A stretch of 64,000 nucleotides of DNA from Octopus sinensis. Lineage: Eukaryota. Made by a program: the position numbers and the translations under genes. Positions 37,890 to 51,744 of this stretch are shown here, piece after piece. The stretch spans positions 131,874,001 through 131,938,000 of the forward strand of contig NC_042998.1 in assembly GCF_006345805.1 (NCBI RefSeq), in the 5' to 3' direction. The notes beneath the pieces were generated by a model. That model made no database searches. It worked only from the letters and a program-made list of their open reading frames with translations, and was not told the DNA's origin. Position 1 is the stretch's first letter. Every line of letters starts with the position of its first letter.

Positions 37890-38488
37890 TTTCGTATTTG
37901 CACCATGTGCAACAGTCTAGGCATGCCGGCACACTCCCTGCTGGGAAGAAAACGTTAGATGGGGATGTTGCGGTGAGCACCGCAGGCAGGTTAACTTCTT
38001 GCGCAGGAAGTTGGTTTGTTTCACTTAAGATTACATACAGGCGGACAGTCAGACATACGAACAGACGGGCCGACAGACCAAGTGATACGATCTCCTCTGT
38101 AACAGCATCCTGCACCGATGTTTGAGAATATGCGCCAAACATCAAAGCATATAGATGTATATATGTGCGTACGTATGTGTGTGAGTGTGTGTGTGTGTGT
38201 GTGAGCACAAATCTACACACGCGCACATATTTATGTATGCGTCCGTATAATTTTGCATAAATATATAAATGTTTATACGAATTATATTCAATTATGTAAT
38301 AATATAACAAAATATTTGTGTTATTTAAGCAAATTTGTATACTTATTTTTTGTTTTTATAGAAAGGAATACATGTATCGCACATACATATGCATACATAT
38401 ATATATATAATATTATATATATATATATATTATATATATATATGTATATGCATTATATATGCATTATGTATTTATATATGTATGTATA

Positions 38489-38539
<51 letters not shown>

Positions 38540-38549
38540 CTATATATAC

Positions 38550-38584
<35 letters not shown>

Positions 38585-38721
38585 CATATATACATATATA
38601 TATACATATATATATATATACATATATATATATACATATATATATATATGCACATATATATATACATATATATATACATATATATATATATACATATATA
38701 TATACATATATATGTACATAT

Positions 38722-38796
<75 letters not shown>

Positions 38797-38910
38797 TACA
38801 TATATATATATATATATGTCCTGTACTCATATATGCGTGTATATGTACATGTAGAGGTAGGTACGTACATATATGTTTTATATATGCATATGTTTTATTT
38901 CTTTTATTAA

Positions 38911-39005
<95 letters not shown>

Positions 39006-39029
39006 TCACACAAAAATCCATAATCCCAA

Positions 39030-41100
39030 CAACTCCAGCCGCCCCATCGTTTCCGCCTGCAGTTGCCCCACCGAATACCTTGTCTTTGCTCTCGTACCCG
39101 TAGTGGCTTAATTGTCCTCACACACACATTCACGTCATCAACCATGCACTTAATCTATTCAGTTCTTTCTCCTTTCCTTTCGGACCCCCCCCCCCCAAAT
39201 CCTGTCCACCCTTGACATAAAATCTTTATACACCGTCATTCCTCACAACGAAGTCCTCCTTGATTTGAAATACTTTCTCGATCTTCGTTCCGATCTTCAA
39301 CCTGACATCACTACCCTCCTACGCTAAACTCCTAATCTCTCTTAACCACTTCTCTTTCACAGGTGAATTTTATCATCAGATCTCGGGAGTTGTCATGGGA
39401 ACGTGAGTGGAACCCTAACTACGCGAACCTGTTTGTCAGCTACGTTCAAACCTAGATATTCTCATAGTTCATTCCTAAGCTATATGGTCGTTACATTGAC
39501 GACTGTATCGACGCGACCTCACATTCCCGCGAATATCTAGACTCCTTCTCTGCTTCGTCCAGACCTTTCAGCTCACCCTCGAATTCTTCTGTTCTGTCTC
39601 TGACATCTCCATCAATATCCTTGGCATTTCTCCACTTTCAATCCCACCCACACCAAGCTGTCCAGTACTTTCAATTCCTCCGTCCCCGCCGGCTCTGCAG
39701 TGACGACCATGACCTCGAGACACAGTCCCAACTCATGGCTCACCTCTCCACCCAACGGGGATACACCATCACCTTTATACAACCACCCTCGTCCGTAGAT
39801 GATCTGTTGACTGTGTTTCCACTCTCTCTCCCTGCAACCACCACTCACCGCTTCCCTTTGCTCCTCACTTACCACCCTTCCACCCTACCCCACCAACGCA
39901 CAATTCTTCGGTCTTTCCGCGACCCCAGTCTGACCCCTCCATCACCTACATCTTCCTCAGCCCACAATTCCATAACCTACGAGCCCAACTTTATGGCCCA
40001 TGGCTTCTTCCCCACTCCTGACACTCAGCCTGGCTCGTTCCTTTGCCCTAGCAAACGCTGCCGCACCGACTCTTAGCTCTCCAACACGCATCTTTGTGGT
40101 TTTCGTCACTGTCTACAATTTTGTCCCATTGTTTTCAAATTTGGTATGTGGATTAAGTTTTGTATACTAATTATGAAAATGAAATTCATTTTTCATATAA
40201 ACCCACAATTAAAGAGTCATTAGCCTTTAAAATTTGCAAAATTTTAGTATTTTAGCCAGCGACGAGTATTTTACACGTCACTATGGCGATGAACTCTGTT
40301 TCCATAGTAACCAAAGCAAAGAAGCATCACGCGTTCCATAGCTGATTGCGAAGAACTCCGTTTCCATAGTAACCAAAGATGCTGTGCATGCGCACTAGGA
40401 GTATAACCACATGTTTTGACTGTTATTTCTAGCAACTCCTGTTGGTTTGCTCGTAGTTTTTGAATATTTAATTTGCTTGCGAATGTTTTAATGTTTCCCA
40501 CTTTGCTCGTGTATATTTTAATGTTTTGAATGTTATTTCTAGCAACTCCTGTTGGTTTGCTCGTAACTTTGCTCGCGAATATTTTAATGCTCTTCACTGT
40601 TTACTGTAGCTAGTTTAATGTTTTGACATGCCAGTGCACACACCCCACCCCAAACCTACCGCCCGCTTTCTCGCTACTGTGTCAGATGTTGGAAGAGGGA
40701 GCGAACGCGCTGTCTTCTGATTGGCTGAAAATTCTAAAAATTATCAAACTTTGAACACCTGTAACATTTTCGCATGATTTTTCTGGAATAAATAAATAAC
40801 AAATTCGGATTCAGCATCAAAAACTACATCTATATGATACATTAACTTTTTTTTTTTCTCTTTTTTAAGATTTCGACATAGAGTGACGAAAACCACAAAG
40901 ATCCTCCAACATTACTACATCGCCAGTTCATTCACCTGCACCTCCAGCAATGTGATTTATTATATCCCCTACTCTCTCTGTCATTGGTCAAATGGGCTGG
41001 AGCTTAGCCAACCGGTTGGCCGAAAATCTCCGGGAAATCAGACTCGGCAATGACACGGTCTTAATTCGTCCCTTCTCTTCATCTAAACCCATTCCCACAC
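39030..41100 (+). mobile_element. Penelope-like element (RT plus GIY-YIG), degenerate, interrupted by a DNA transposon
   Basis: [12 protein letters not shown]; DIKSLYTVIPHNE; GEFYHQISGVVMGT..PNYANLFVSYV; LYGRYIDDCI; CPSKRCRT; then after the insertion IASSFTCTSSNVIY..IGQMGWSLANRLAENLREIRLGND. Confidence 0.92.
40092..40900. mobile_element. Unclassified non-autonomous TIR DNA transposon (809 bp)
   Basis: 19-bp perfect TIRs CTTTGTGGTTTTCGTCACT / AGTGACGAAAACCACAAAG; AT on both outer sides; internal direct repeats; splits the PLE coding sequence. Confidence 0.85.
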
Positions 41101-42009
41101 ACATTCGCACACACCACACACCGCACACGTTTCACTGCCCCTCCACATCCACCCCAACACACCTCTACACCGTTAAAACCTCATTAACCCCACCATACGC
41201 ACCATTATGCCCCTGCAGCATATACAAACACCTACAATCACCCACACGCGCATGCACATGCACATGCCTTCCCATTAACAACATACACCAGCACACAACC
41301 CCTATCTTCCGTCACCCCTATTCCACCTCGCAGTTCTATGATTTCCACATAACACACGCAAACCAGATGGCCTCGCGCACACATACAAGCGCCCTTACAT
41401 ACACACATAGGTACAAAGATAGAATATTACACACATATCAACTCCGTACACACACACACTTTATCCAACAGCCCCATATACACACACCAACTGATAACAG
41501 GGACACGCACACTTGCTCATATACATACACGCACACACAAACAAGCATAACACGCACACGCACGCAACAGTGTCACACATACTTCATGCACAAACACACT
41601 TTATGCACAGACATGCGCATGCATGAACAAACGCACACACACAAGTAACTTTGCACAACATACACGCACATTTTAGCTGCTACACACTTGTGTCTGCACT
41701 TACAGACACACTCACGCATGTGATTTCTTTACACACACATGCGTAACACAGCCTCTGACACCCACACATATACACACGTCCATACACACACGCACACATC
41801 GCTCCAGACAGCTCACGTACTTGTTTGCACATACGTACACATGCACACGCTCTGATACGTACATATACACACACACACATACACACACGCACACATACGC
41901 TCACATATTATACTTGCCCACACATACACACGGGCTCACCCATACACAAATATACACTCACACATATCATCCTTACATACGCATACGTGCTTGTGCACAC
42001 ACTTTAGCC

Positions 42010-42171
42010 AGGGTATTGTTATCTCCCTTTCCATTCAACCACATTCTCCAGTTAATTCGACATATGAAACCGTTAAGCCAGACACAATTTTCTTTTCTGC
42101 CTCCGTTCTCTCTCTCTCTCTCTCTTTCTCTCTATCTCTCTTCCTCTCTTTCTCTCTCTCTCTCTTTCTTC

Positions 42172-42202
<31 letters not shown>

Positions 42203-42310
42203 TTCTTCATTCCTCTTTGTCGAAGAGCGTAGGATCGAAACGTCAAAGACTTTTCCATCCTTTCTGAGTGTCAGACTAATACACCTTGTTTGTTGTTCCT
42301 TCACCTATCT
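42010..42310 (+). mobile_element. Penelope-like pseudo-LTR with (CT)n and decayed hammerhead; probably the 3' end of the 39030 element
   Basis: TTGTCGAA-GAGC-GTAG-GATC-GAAA-CG-TC-AAAG at 42214-42248; homologous to 63060-63230. Confidence 0.55.
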
Positions 42311-42350
42311 CTAGCTTTCTTTTGTGCTTTTGTTGTTTGTACATAAGATT

Positions 42351-42392
<42 letters not shown>

Positions 42393-42412
42393 TGTGTATC
42401 TGTGTGTGTATG

Positions 42413-42444
<32 letters not shown>

Positions 42445-43379
42445 CATACAGACATATAATTGCCAACCAAGTGTGGTGTTCTATACAGGACAGTGCTATT
42501 GACGTTTATAGCCCCAAGAAGACATCTCTTCCAGCTGGCTAACAACACACATTCTGTATCCGATTAGTATTTGCGAGGTGAGGTCATCGCTCCCATCTCT
42601 AGCCTTACGTGATGCACACGGACTCGAGTTTCTGCGTGGTTACTCGTCCTCAGTCTGTGTTAATCACTAACTAGTGAGGAAAATTCAGTCCACTCGCAAA
42701 ATACCATATGCTTTTTTCCAGCGACAAACTGTCACTGATCTCGAAAAAGGAGAAATAAGCTATATTAAATCATTGAGCGAGATATAAACAGTAGCAATAT
42801 TGAATCGCAACATACATTTTTTATATATTTACCGAACAATGAGAATAAGTTCCCAACTTTTGGTGGATAAAATTTCTTTATTTATGATTTAAGGCTACCA
42901 TTAGTTTCATATTAAGAGAAATCCCTTAGCGATTATCAAGCATACCACATGGATCATCGGTGATCGTCTCCATCTTGGATGAAGACATATATGTATATAC
43001 ACACACATACATATTTATTGTTCCAAAATATTGGAAGAATTTACTTCATTTCCGAAATTAAATCATTTCATTGTATTATTTTCCCTTCATGAGACTGCAA
43101 GGAGCAGCTTAGGGAAAACTTGGCAACTAATTTTAGCAGTTCCAACTTCGTTGTAAAAGGAGTCCCACAGTGGCGTACGGTAGTTGTTGTTGTTGTGATG
43201 GTGGTTGTTGCAATATTGTTGTGGTTACTGTTGCTGATAATTTGTTGTTGTTCTTGTTTGATAATATGCTTGTTTTATCATGTTTTTCCAGCAACAGTAT
43301 CTTCATCATCCATGCAACCTTTTAGCATCCCCAACAACACTGAATTAGCAGTAGCAGTAGCAGCAGCAGTAGCAGCAAC

Positions 43380-43733
43380 AGTAGCAATTGTAGTTTCAAT
43401 GATTATCATCATGGCAAACACAAACCTCCATCATTCTCGTCATCATCATCATCATCATCATTATCATAATTGCAGTCATCATTATCACCGTCATCATCAT
43501 TGCGGCCAGCATCGCCACTATCATCGCCAACACCATCACCATTATCACCACTACCACCGCCCTCATCATCATCATCATCATCATCATCAACAGCAACAAC
43601 TTCATGATTATCATCATCAATTTTATCGTCGTCGTCATCATCGTTGTCGTTGTCAACACTACCACGACTACCATCGACCATCATCATCCTCATCATCGCC
43701 GTCATCTCTATCATCATCATCATCATCACTATC

Positions 43734-43765
<32 letters not shown>

Positions 43766-43775
43766 CATCATAATT
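43380..43775. repeat. Degenerate (CAT/CAC)n microsatellite
   Basis: Directly visible; explains the poly-H/S/D/M ORFs. Confidence 0.95.
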
Positions 43776-44299
43776 AACACTTTCTTCTCCTCTCTACCAT
43801 GCTGCCTGTTCCCCCCTCTACCACTTTGTTACAATGTTTTAGTTTTTGAACTCTTAATATCTTTACAATCGTTCTTCTTTAAGATGTTCTCATTTCGTTT
43901 CTATTGTTGCTATTGGTGTTTTAGCTGTTGTTATTGTTGTTGTTATTATTATTAAAGTTCTAGCTGTTGCGCTTCTCATTTGTGTTTTTTTGCTCTCTTC
44001 CCCTTCCATTCCAACCACCACCTCCTCCTACTTCTTATTCCATCCCTTTTACTGACGTCAATCTTTATTTTTATTTGTGTTGCTGTTTAGCGTTCTTGCC
44101 ACCATTCTTGGTTTCTTTCTATTTTTCTTTGTCTCTCTACCTCCTCCCCTCTTATTCCTCCTTCTGTGACTACTAATATAACCACCGCAACCACAACCTG
44201 TTCTGCGGATGTAGAACTAAGAAGTCGGTTGAAGAACGAGGAGCGGCCCACAAATCCTTCGTCTCAATGACACCATGTCCCCACCTAACTGAGGGGTAT

Positions 44300-45310
44300 A
44301 TAGCACATGCCAGCAAGCAGAGAGGAATAGTATGGGGTGTCATGTGACATTCTAGACATATTGCACCCGCTCCACTGTTCCTGTTTACTTTGTGCACCGT
44401 TGATTCTAGTGGTGAACGACAACGATGTCAGAAAGGCGCATTTAGTCAGAGTGCGACGGTTATCATTCTTCTGCTCGCACACATCACGGCTAACAGCATT
44501 CGTAATGCTAATCACGTTGAGACTATTTATATGGTTGTATTTCTTATGTTTATCAAGGTTGAGTGGAAAGGTAGTGTCTTTAGGATGTTGCTAATGTTGG
44601 CAGGTCGGAAGCTTCTTTTTCTTTTTTATGTAGTGACAACGATTGCTGGTTTGAAGCTTGCTGCTTGCTGCAATAACAAACTATTTTCTTGTATGTATTC
44701 ATTTGGCATTTCACTTTTCTTGGAATTATTGTTTCATTGTGAAAAGTCATCTGTTGATAAGGTGTATGTACAACTTGGTGTAATACATGGAACATCGTTC
44801 TGTGCTCCTTGTAGTTTATTGGGGTCTGCTGGGACTCCAATTGGATGGACACTGTCCATGTTAGATCCATTGTATTCTTTGTATACCATTGTTGTTGTTT
44901 CGTTCTATTAGTCAAGTATGGTGCGTGGGACGGCTTTAAATGTGTCATTTTGCTATCTATAGAATGTTTTCGGCGTGTGTTGTGAATACTGTGAAAGAGA
45001 TGTATGTAACTTTTAGTATTTTTGTATTGTGTTTTTAGTATGATGGTTCGTAATACATGGTGTTCTGTGATGTCGTTTGTAAGAAGAGAGATAATGGAAT
45101 TGATCGAGCTTGCTTTAAGTCTATTGTTGGAGATCCAAATTTCTCAGTGATTGCAACGTGGAACAGTTGTACAGCCGTTTCGATAAGATGATGGAAGGAC
45201 GTAAATATAAATAAAAATGATGTCTTCTGCATATGAGTTTGTCCCTTTGTTTCATAAACTTGTTATCAGATCGAATCGATATAAACTGGAAAATGGTAAA
45301 AGAACATATC
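44300..45310 (-). mobile_element. Heavily decayed Penelope-like element (RT C-terminus and linker)
   Basis: Minus-strand fragments VYETK..TH, KQARSIPLS..LQT and RRTLTKCAF resemble PLE motifs YYKPT.TH, KAKSIP.E.L and LKR.LTKAKF. Confidence 0.45.
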
Positions 45311-45424
45311 CTTATGATACTCCAGCCGGAAAATTGAAGACTGTTTGTTAGCTAAAATTTTGTGTTGGTGTCTTTTATATTTATCGTTTAACCTTTTAGT
45401 ATTTAAACTGATCATATCCAGCCA

Positions 45425-45830
45425 AAATATTCTTTTCTACTCTATGAACAAGGCCCGACATTTTGGGGGAGGGGGCCAATCGATTAGACCGACACCATTA
45501 CGCTACTGGTACTTAATTTATCAACCCCGAAAGGATGAAAGGCAAAGTCGACCTCGGCGGAATTTGAACTCAGAACGTAACGACAGACGAAATACTTATT
45601 TCTTTACTACGCACAAGGGGCTAAACACAGAGACGACAAACAAATATAGTCAAACGGATTAAGTCGATTATATCGACCCCAGTGCGTAACTGGCACTTAT
45701 TTAATCGACCCCGAAAGGATGAAAGGCAAAGTCGACCTCGGCGGAATTTGAACTCAGAACGTAGCAGCAGACGAAATACTCCTAAGCGTTTCGCCCGGCG
45801 TGCTAACGTTTCTGCCAGCTCGCCGCCTTC
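45425..45830 (-). mobile_element. SINE family A tandem dimer
   Basis: Two consecutive central domains joined by a tail to truncated-head junction. Confidence 0.9.
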
Positions 45831-46089
45831 CGGCCAAAATATTCTACCGGCTTTATATTCAAAATTGCCAAGTTTAGCCTCTGACACCAAGCTTATTATA
45901 TCATTCTAAAAATTAACAGTTAAAACATCAAAAAATTGAAGCTACAAGATGCTTTTGACAGAATAATGTGAATGCTAAAGGGTTAGATGGATAGTAGGTT
46001 ATAGAGTAAAAACATTCACTGATATTGATGGTAGACAGGGGTGTATCAATTGGCAGAAGCGTAACTAGAATGTATGTCGTCCGAGGGTA

Positions 46090-46460
46090 GCCTTTGTGTT
46101 TACCAATTCCCTGCCCCTCTGCCTCTCAGTCTCTCTGCCCTTCTGCCCTCGATATAGGCTTATATAGCATATCCGAAAGTACTGTCCCAAAAAGCGTTCC
46201 CTGGGTTAGAGGTCCCCTCCTTGCTCCCTCTTGTGTGAGAGGGTTTTTTTTTTTGTATTTGTATTACCGAAACTTTCTGAATTTGATTTTTTAGAGGTAA
46301 GGTGGTTAAGGATACTAATGGTCTGAATGTGATTGCTTGTAGATGTGCAGATGTGTGAGCTATTGGGGATTTGACAATCCCGGTAGTTTTGAATATTCGC
46401 AAGTGCAGTGATTCCTCCAGGCTGTAGATGTCTTAAGTGTACATTAGGGCTTCTGAGTTT
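46090..46460 (-). mobile_element. Possible PLE GIY-YIG C-terminal fragment and flank
   Basis: RLEESLHLRIFKTTGIVK resembles R.ILESL.I...KP.LN. Confidence 0.35.
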
Positions 46461-46724
46461 CTAGATTACCCTATAACTTTTGAAATTCTAATGAAAAGAA
46501 AAGATCAAAATCGCAGACGTAGTGGAATGTGCGTATGTTTCGTTTCATATTCTTGTTTTTGTGTGTGTGTGTGTCGGCTTGGTGGCTGATATTCGAGAAA
46601 TCTCTTAGTATGCATATTTGCTTGGTGTTGCTGTGTGTTTATATTATTTGAAACTGTATAAGGATAAAGGACGTGATGTATCAATTATTGTTTTTATTGT
46701 TGTTGCTAATTACTCTACATAGTA

Positions 46725-46900
46725 AAGGCTGCGAGCTGGTAAAACGTTAGCACACCAGGAAAAAGTTCAATTTCTGCCGAGTTCGACTTTGCCTTTCATC
46801 CTTTTCGGGTCGATAAAATAAGTACCAGTTACGCACTGGGGTCGATATAATCGACTTACCCCCACGCCCAAAATTGCTGGCCTTGTACCAAAATTTGAAT
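46725..46900 (+). mobile_element. SINE family A
   Basis: Head plus central domain and tail. Confidence 0.85.
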
Positions 46901-48109
46901 AGAATTGTTAACTGTTAGTCCTGTGCTTTTATCTTGAATACATTTACCAGCTGTCTGGTTTCTGTTTTTTTTTTTCTTTTTTTTACTTTTTATTCATTTC
47001 TTTGTTTTGTAGTTGTTTGTTGCTGAATCCCATTTCGGTTATGTGGTTTTGGTATATTTTGTTTGAGGTTATCCTAGGTTTCTTAGGGGTTTGGCTATTT
47101 CTACTAAACAACTGAGGCTGTAATTTTTTTTTTTTTTTTTTATGTATTCTTATAGGATATATTTTTAAGATACATGTATAATTATTTTGGTTGAATATGT
47201 TCTGAAGTTTTTATGTTGGTAAGTCTGTTGTTGAATTCTGAAAACCTTGAGTCTATTTCTTGGAAGAATTCGTACCATTCTTTTTTCTTTGCTTATTTTC
47301 TTTATTATTTTTCTTTTTAAAGTATGTAAAAGTATATTTGTTTTCTACATGCAGATTTTAGGAGTGTTCCCACCCCTTCCCTTAAATTTTTGTACCGTTT
47401 GTAATTCTATGAACTCCATAAACTCATTGTGGTTTTTGCGAACAACAGCAAAGTTGAGGAGTGTTTTTTGTTGTTGATATTTTTGCTGTTATTATTGTTG
47501 TTTTAAAGTTTCTTTTATTGTTTTTGTGGTGGTTGGCAACTGTTGCAGGCTTCTGAACGCAAACGGCAGGGAGGGGAATTATGGCTGCTACTGCTGTTGC
47601 GACATCACCGATTACATTTCTAAGGATGGCTTGAAAAGAAATAGTCAAAATTGGCTCGTTCACAGCACCATCAACATCAGAGGCTAATGACATGTTGAAT
47701 GGAGAAGCTGAATGGTCTTCCTGGTTATCACAAGGCCTTCTAGATCACTATGGACCTCTCTGAAATACTCTTTTATTCTGACAGACCTCTATAGCCATGC
47801 AATTTTTTAAAACTATTTTTGAAGAAACTTTTTACAAAATTCCTAATTTGTTTTTCACACATTAACTTGTGTAGGTTGAACTATGTAAAATATTAAAGTA
47901 AGACACCTAACTGTTTCTTACAATACATACATCTAAAGCAAATTATTCTCAGGGACCCTTTAAATACTATTGTGATCCCCAATTTACTATTCTGTTACGC
48001 GGACGCCAAAAAATCTTATATGAAACCTCAGGAGTCATATGGGCCCTAGTTGAGAACCATTGGTCTAGATGTTCTGAATATTACTTCCAACCCATATTTC
48101 TTCTGTGTT

Positions 48110-48400
48110 AAGAGAAAAGCCTAGGAGTAAAATGGAAAACCTTCAAGAAGAATAGACAAAAGACATCGACTCAGGCTAGAGAAAATGGCATTTCTCCGTA
48201 GGATAGCGCTTTTGCGTTCCTAAAGTACATAAGGTACACACTTCTTTGAAAGGATAGCAATAATTTAATGAAAGTGATGAGAAAAGCTAAGAGATCGGCC
48301 AAAAAGATATTGTACTAGTTCGGGACGAGATATGCGACGCAGTATTCCGAACTGCATAACTCTAGTTCAAACCACACCAAATGTCTATGAACGGCGAAAG
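48110..48400 (+). mobile_element. Decayed LINE (RTE-like) 3' fragment
   Basis: LGVKWKTF..NLMKVM..KAKRS..PKK pattern resembles VMEGK..GKR.RGRP. Confidence 0.35.
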
Positions 48401-49604
48401 AAACACTCTCCAGTGGAACAGGTGGCGAGGGTAAGAGACTTTGCTGTATGGCCAAATTGTGGAATCCTCACGTCTAAGTTTGGAAGATTCAGTTCGCAGT
48501 CAGGAGAGGGCAACGCGTACCCGGAGTGGAAGCTTATTGAAGGTGTGGGGTGTCATGATCCTCACCAGTTGCTGGCTTCACACCCATGTATTCAGATGTG
48601 TTAATTGTTAAATTTTAATCTGCTTTCTGTTGTAGTACATTTTATGGCTCCACCCCATATTTATCGCATTACGTTGTCAGATAAATTTGTTCATTCTTGT
48701 TATATTCCATTTATTTAATCCTTTCCAAAGTTATTTGAATTAACTCGAAAGTTATTTTTATCGTGGTGTTTTATGGTTTTTGTAGCTGTATTCTTCCTGT
48801 GCAACTTTTGTTTATCGTTTTTAAAATTTGAATAAATTTTACCTCTTTTTATACACATGACGGCTGAGTGCCACGTAGGTGGAGGGTGGTGGGGTGAACG
48901 AACAAATTTATCTGACAATATGCTTTATATATTTATATTATATGATACTCTTTATTTTCTAAGTAAAGGCCTGTGGCCTACCGGTTGTGGTTTCGATTCC
49001 CTAACCGAGCATTGCATTATGTTCTTGAGCAAAACACTTCATTTCACGCTGTTCCTGTAATCCTGCGTTGGAGTGGCCTCCTGTTTAGGGTGGACGCGAC
49101 TGTTGTGATCTCAAACATTTATAGACAATGGAATGCGGAACTAACCCCATAAGTTCTAGGTTTAAAAGTAAATACCTCCTTCGGTCATGAATGACTATGG
49201 CATTGCACCTGAGTGAACTGGATCAACGTGAAATAAAGTGTCTTGCTCAAGAACACAACGCACAGTTTAGTCCTTTGTGGCGATTAAATAAATAATAATA
49301 ATCCTTTCTACTACAGGCATGAAGCCTGAAATTTTGGGGCAGTTGGCTAGTCGTATTTTATCGACGCCGAAAACATAAAAGGCAAAGTCGATTCCGGCAG
49401 CATTGGAACTCACAATATTATTATTACTGCTAAGAACTGTGGTATTTCTTTGATATTCTAATCTCTTGATTTTGTCTTCTGTTCTTTAAGGGTAGATAAA
49501 ATAATGACCACTCAATGTTAAGTGATCAGAGTACTCCACTATTCCTCATACTTACAAAACCCCATAGCTTTGTGTTCATGTCAGAAATATATATTAATAT
49601 AACA

Positions 49605-49920
49605 GTATGGCTCAGTGGTTAGAGCGTCGGATTCACAATCATGAAGTTATGAGTTCGATTCCAAGATCGGACTGTGCTATATTCTCGAGCAAGACACTTT
49701 ATTTTACGCTACTCCAGTTCACTCAGCTGTAGAAATGAGTTGCGACGTCACTGGAGCCAAGTTGTATCGGCCTTTGCCTTCCCTTTGAATAATATTGGTG
49801 GCGTGAAAAGGGGAGGCTGATGGCCTTCCACAAAAACAACCGTACCCGGACTTGTGCCTCGGAGAGGAACTTACTAGGTACAATGCCATGGTCATTCATG
49901 ACCGAAGGAGGTCTTCACTC
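49605..49920 (+). mobile_element. SINE family C, full length
   Basis: TGGCTCAGTGGTTAGAGCG (A-box) ..GAGTTCGATTCC (B-box) ..GAGCAAGACACTTTATTTT..CCAGTTCACTCAGCTGTAGAAATGAG. Confidence 0.9.
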
Positions 49921-49934
49921 TTTACCCTTTTTTG

Positions 49935-50280
49935 GTTTCAAATTGAGCACAAGGCCAGAAAGTTCAGGGAAGGAGGAAAGTCGATTACATCGACCATAGT
50001 GCGCAACTGGTACTTATTTTATCGACCCCGAAAAGATGGAAGGCAAAGTCGACCTCGGTGTAATTTAAAATAAGTATTATAATATAATTAAGTCAGCGAG
50101 CTGGTAGAATCATCAGCACGCTAGGCAAAAAAGGTTCTGAGTTCAAATTCAGCCAAAGTCGAATTTGCCTTTCTCTATTCGGGGGTCAATACAATAAATA
50201 CCAGTTGGACACTGGGGTCGATGTAATCGACTTAACCCGTCCCCTGAAATTGCTGCCGTTGTACCAAAATGCGAAACCAA
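49935..50280. mobile_element. Divergently oriented pair of SINE family A copies
   Basis: 49935-50070 on the minus strand, 50090-50280 on the plus strand. Confidence 0.8.
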
Positions 50281-51744
50281 TATAAGAGTAATATTATGAT
50301 TGAAATACCAGTCATGTACGATGGTAATTTAATAAAGAGGACAGACATAATGCTACAGTATGTATTTTTTTTCTCTCATCTTTCTATATTCTGAGTTTCA
50401 AATTCGCAATCATTTCCTCTTCGTCATTTCATTGAGGAGAGATTAACCAACTGTTTTGCGTTAAATTCTTTTGATGCCAACTCGCTTGAGACTGCTTATG
50501 GTTTCACGATACAAACTTTTTTATTTTAAAGGAACTTAAATGAAGTTTCCATCAAAATTTCATGTGAATTTATATTCCAAACACCAGCCTGTTCATGGCA
50601 ATGTGATTTTAGTAAATTCTTGATTATTTTTAAAAATTAATTGAAACAAAGTCAATTTATTTCGGCAGAAATATACAAAAAAAAGGGGCTAAGTACCAGA
50701 CATACAAATATTGATATAGATTTAGTTCACTATTCGCCTTCCTTTCCTATTCTCGTCATATATTTTAGTGCCTTTTTGTTGTTACTATTGATGTTTAGCC
50801 CACGGTCAACTCTAATTAAATAGACCGATCACCCAAGGTATTCCAGCAATGACCAACTCGTCCCTTCCCGTGCGCAGAGGAATCAAGATGACGTTATCTA
50901 ACGTGTTCTTTCTTAAGGCACTAAGGTGTGAACCGAGTGAGATTTGACTGCTGCTTCTACCAGGTTGAGCAAACCCGTAGAGGTTTCCTCGTTGGCTCTG
51001 CTGTTGCTATACTTTTGTTAATACTCTGTACTCGCTGCTCATACCGCAGTTGGCATATTGTTGGCATTTGGTTGTTTGCCACTGCTGTTATTGCTGTTGT
51101 CGTTGATATCGTTGTTGCTGTTGTTATTGTTGTTGCTGTCACACATGTCTTTCTATAAAGGATTATATTAAAACCATTGTCAAACGGAGGTTACGCAATT
51201 TCATTCGTACAGAGATCTACCATATTGTCAAACACAGCTCACTGAAAGAAATACGTTCATGTTTCTGCTTCTATTTATACATCAGTTTATTTCTTTCAAT
51301 ATTTAAGATTGCCAAAATTGGAAGATCAAGGGACGAAATACCTTGTGGTATTTACCTGTGTCTTTACATACTGAGTTCAAATCTAACCAAGATACTCTAT
51401 ATCTTTCATAATTCCAGGTTCGATAAAATAAATAGCATCTAAGTGCATCTAATCTATCATATCCACTCTCCAAAAATGAGCAAACGTGCGGTCGAGTGTC
51501 TGTGTTAGAAACCAATATTTTTATAGCTTAAAATGTTGCATTTGGTAGGGTCGATAGAACTTCGGGTTGAATGCTACCGATTTATCATACTGCTGTTCGT
51601 TACCATTCCGTAGCACATTGGGCGAGTGCCTTTTTCAGTATCCTCAGATTACTCAATACCTTATGAGTGGTTGGCAGCCAACCATATCAAATTATTGAAA
51701 CAAGTAAATGGTAAAACACACACACACACACACATATGTATATA

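Noticed and set aside
37968-38003. Adjacent short palindromes GCGGTGAGCACCGC and ACTTCTTGCGCAGGAAGT
   Set aside because: Too short to distinguish from chance without conservation data.
43120-43955. His-rich, Asp-rich and TM-like ORFs
   Set aside because: Derived from (CAT)n, (GTT)n and (GCA)n repeats; no splice or composition support.
46145-46190. Hammerhead-like GATAT...ATATC-CGAAA-GTAC-TGTC
   Set aside because: The CUGANGA core is absent and stem I cannot be formed; at best a remote relic.
49605-49690. tRNA gene
   Set aside because: It is the tRNA-derived head of SINE C and continues directly into the SINE body; the same applies to the other A/B-box hits.
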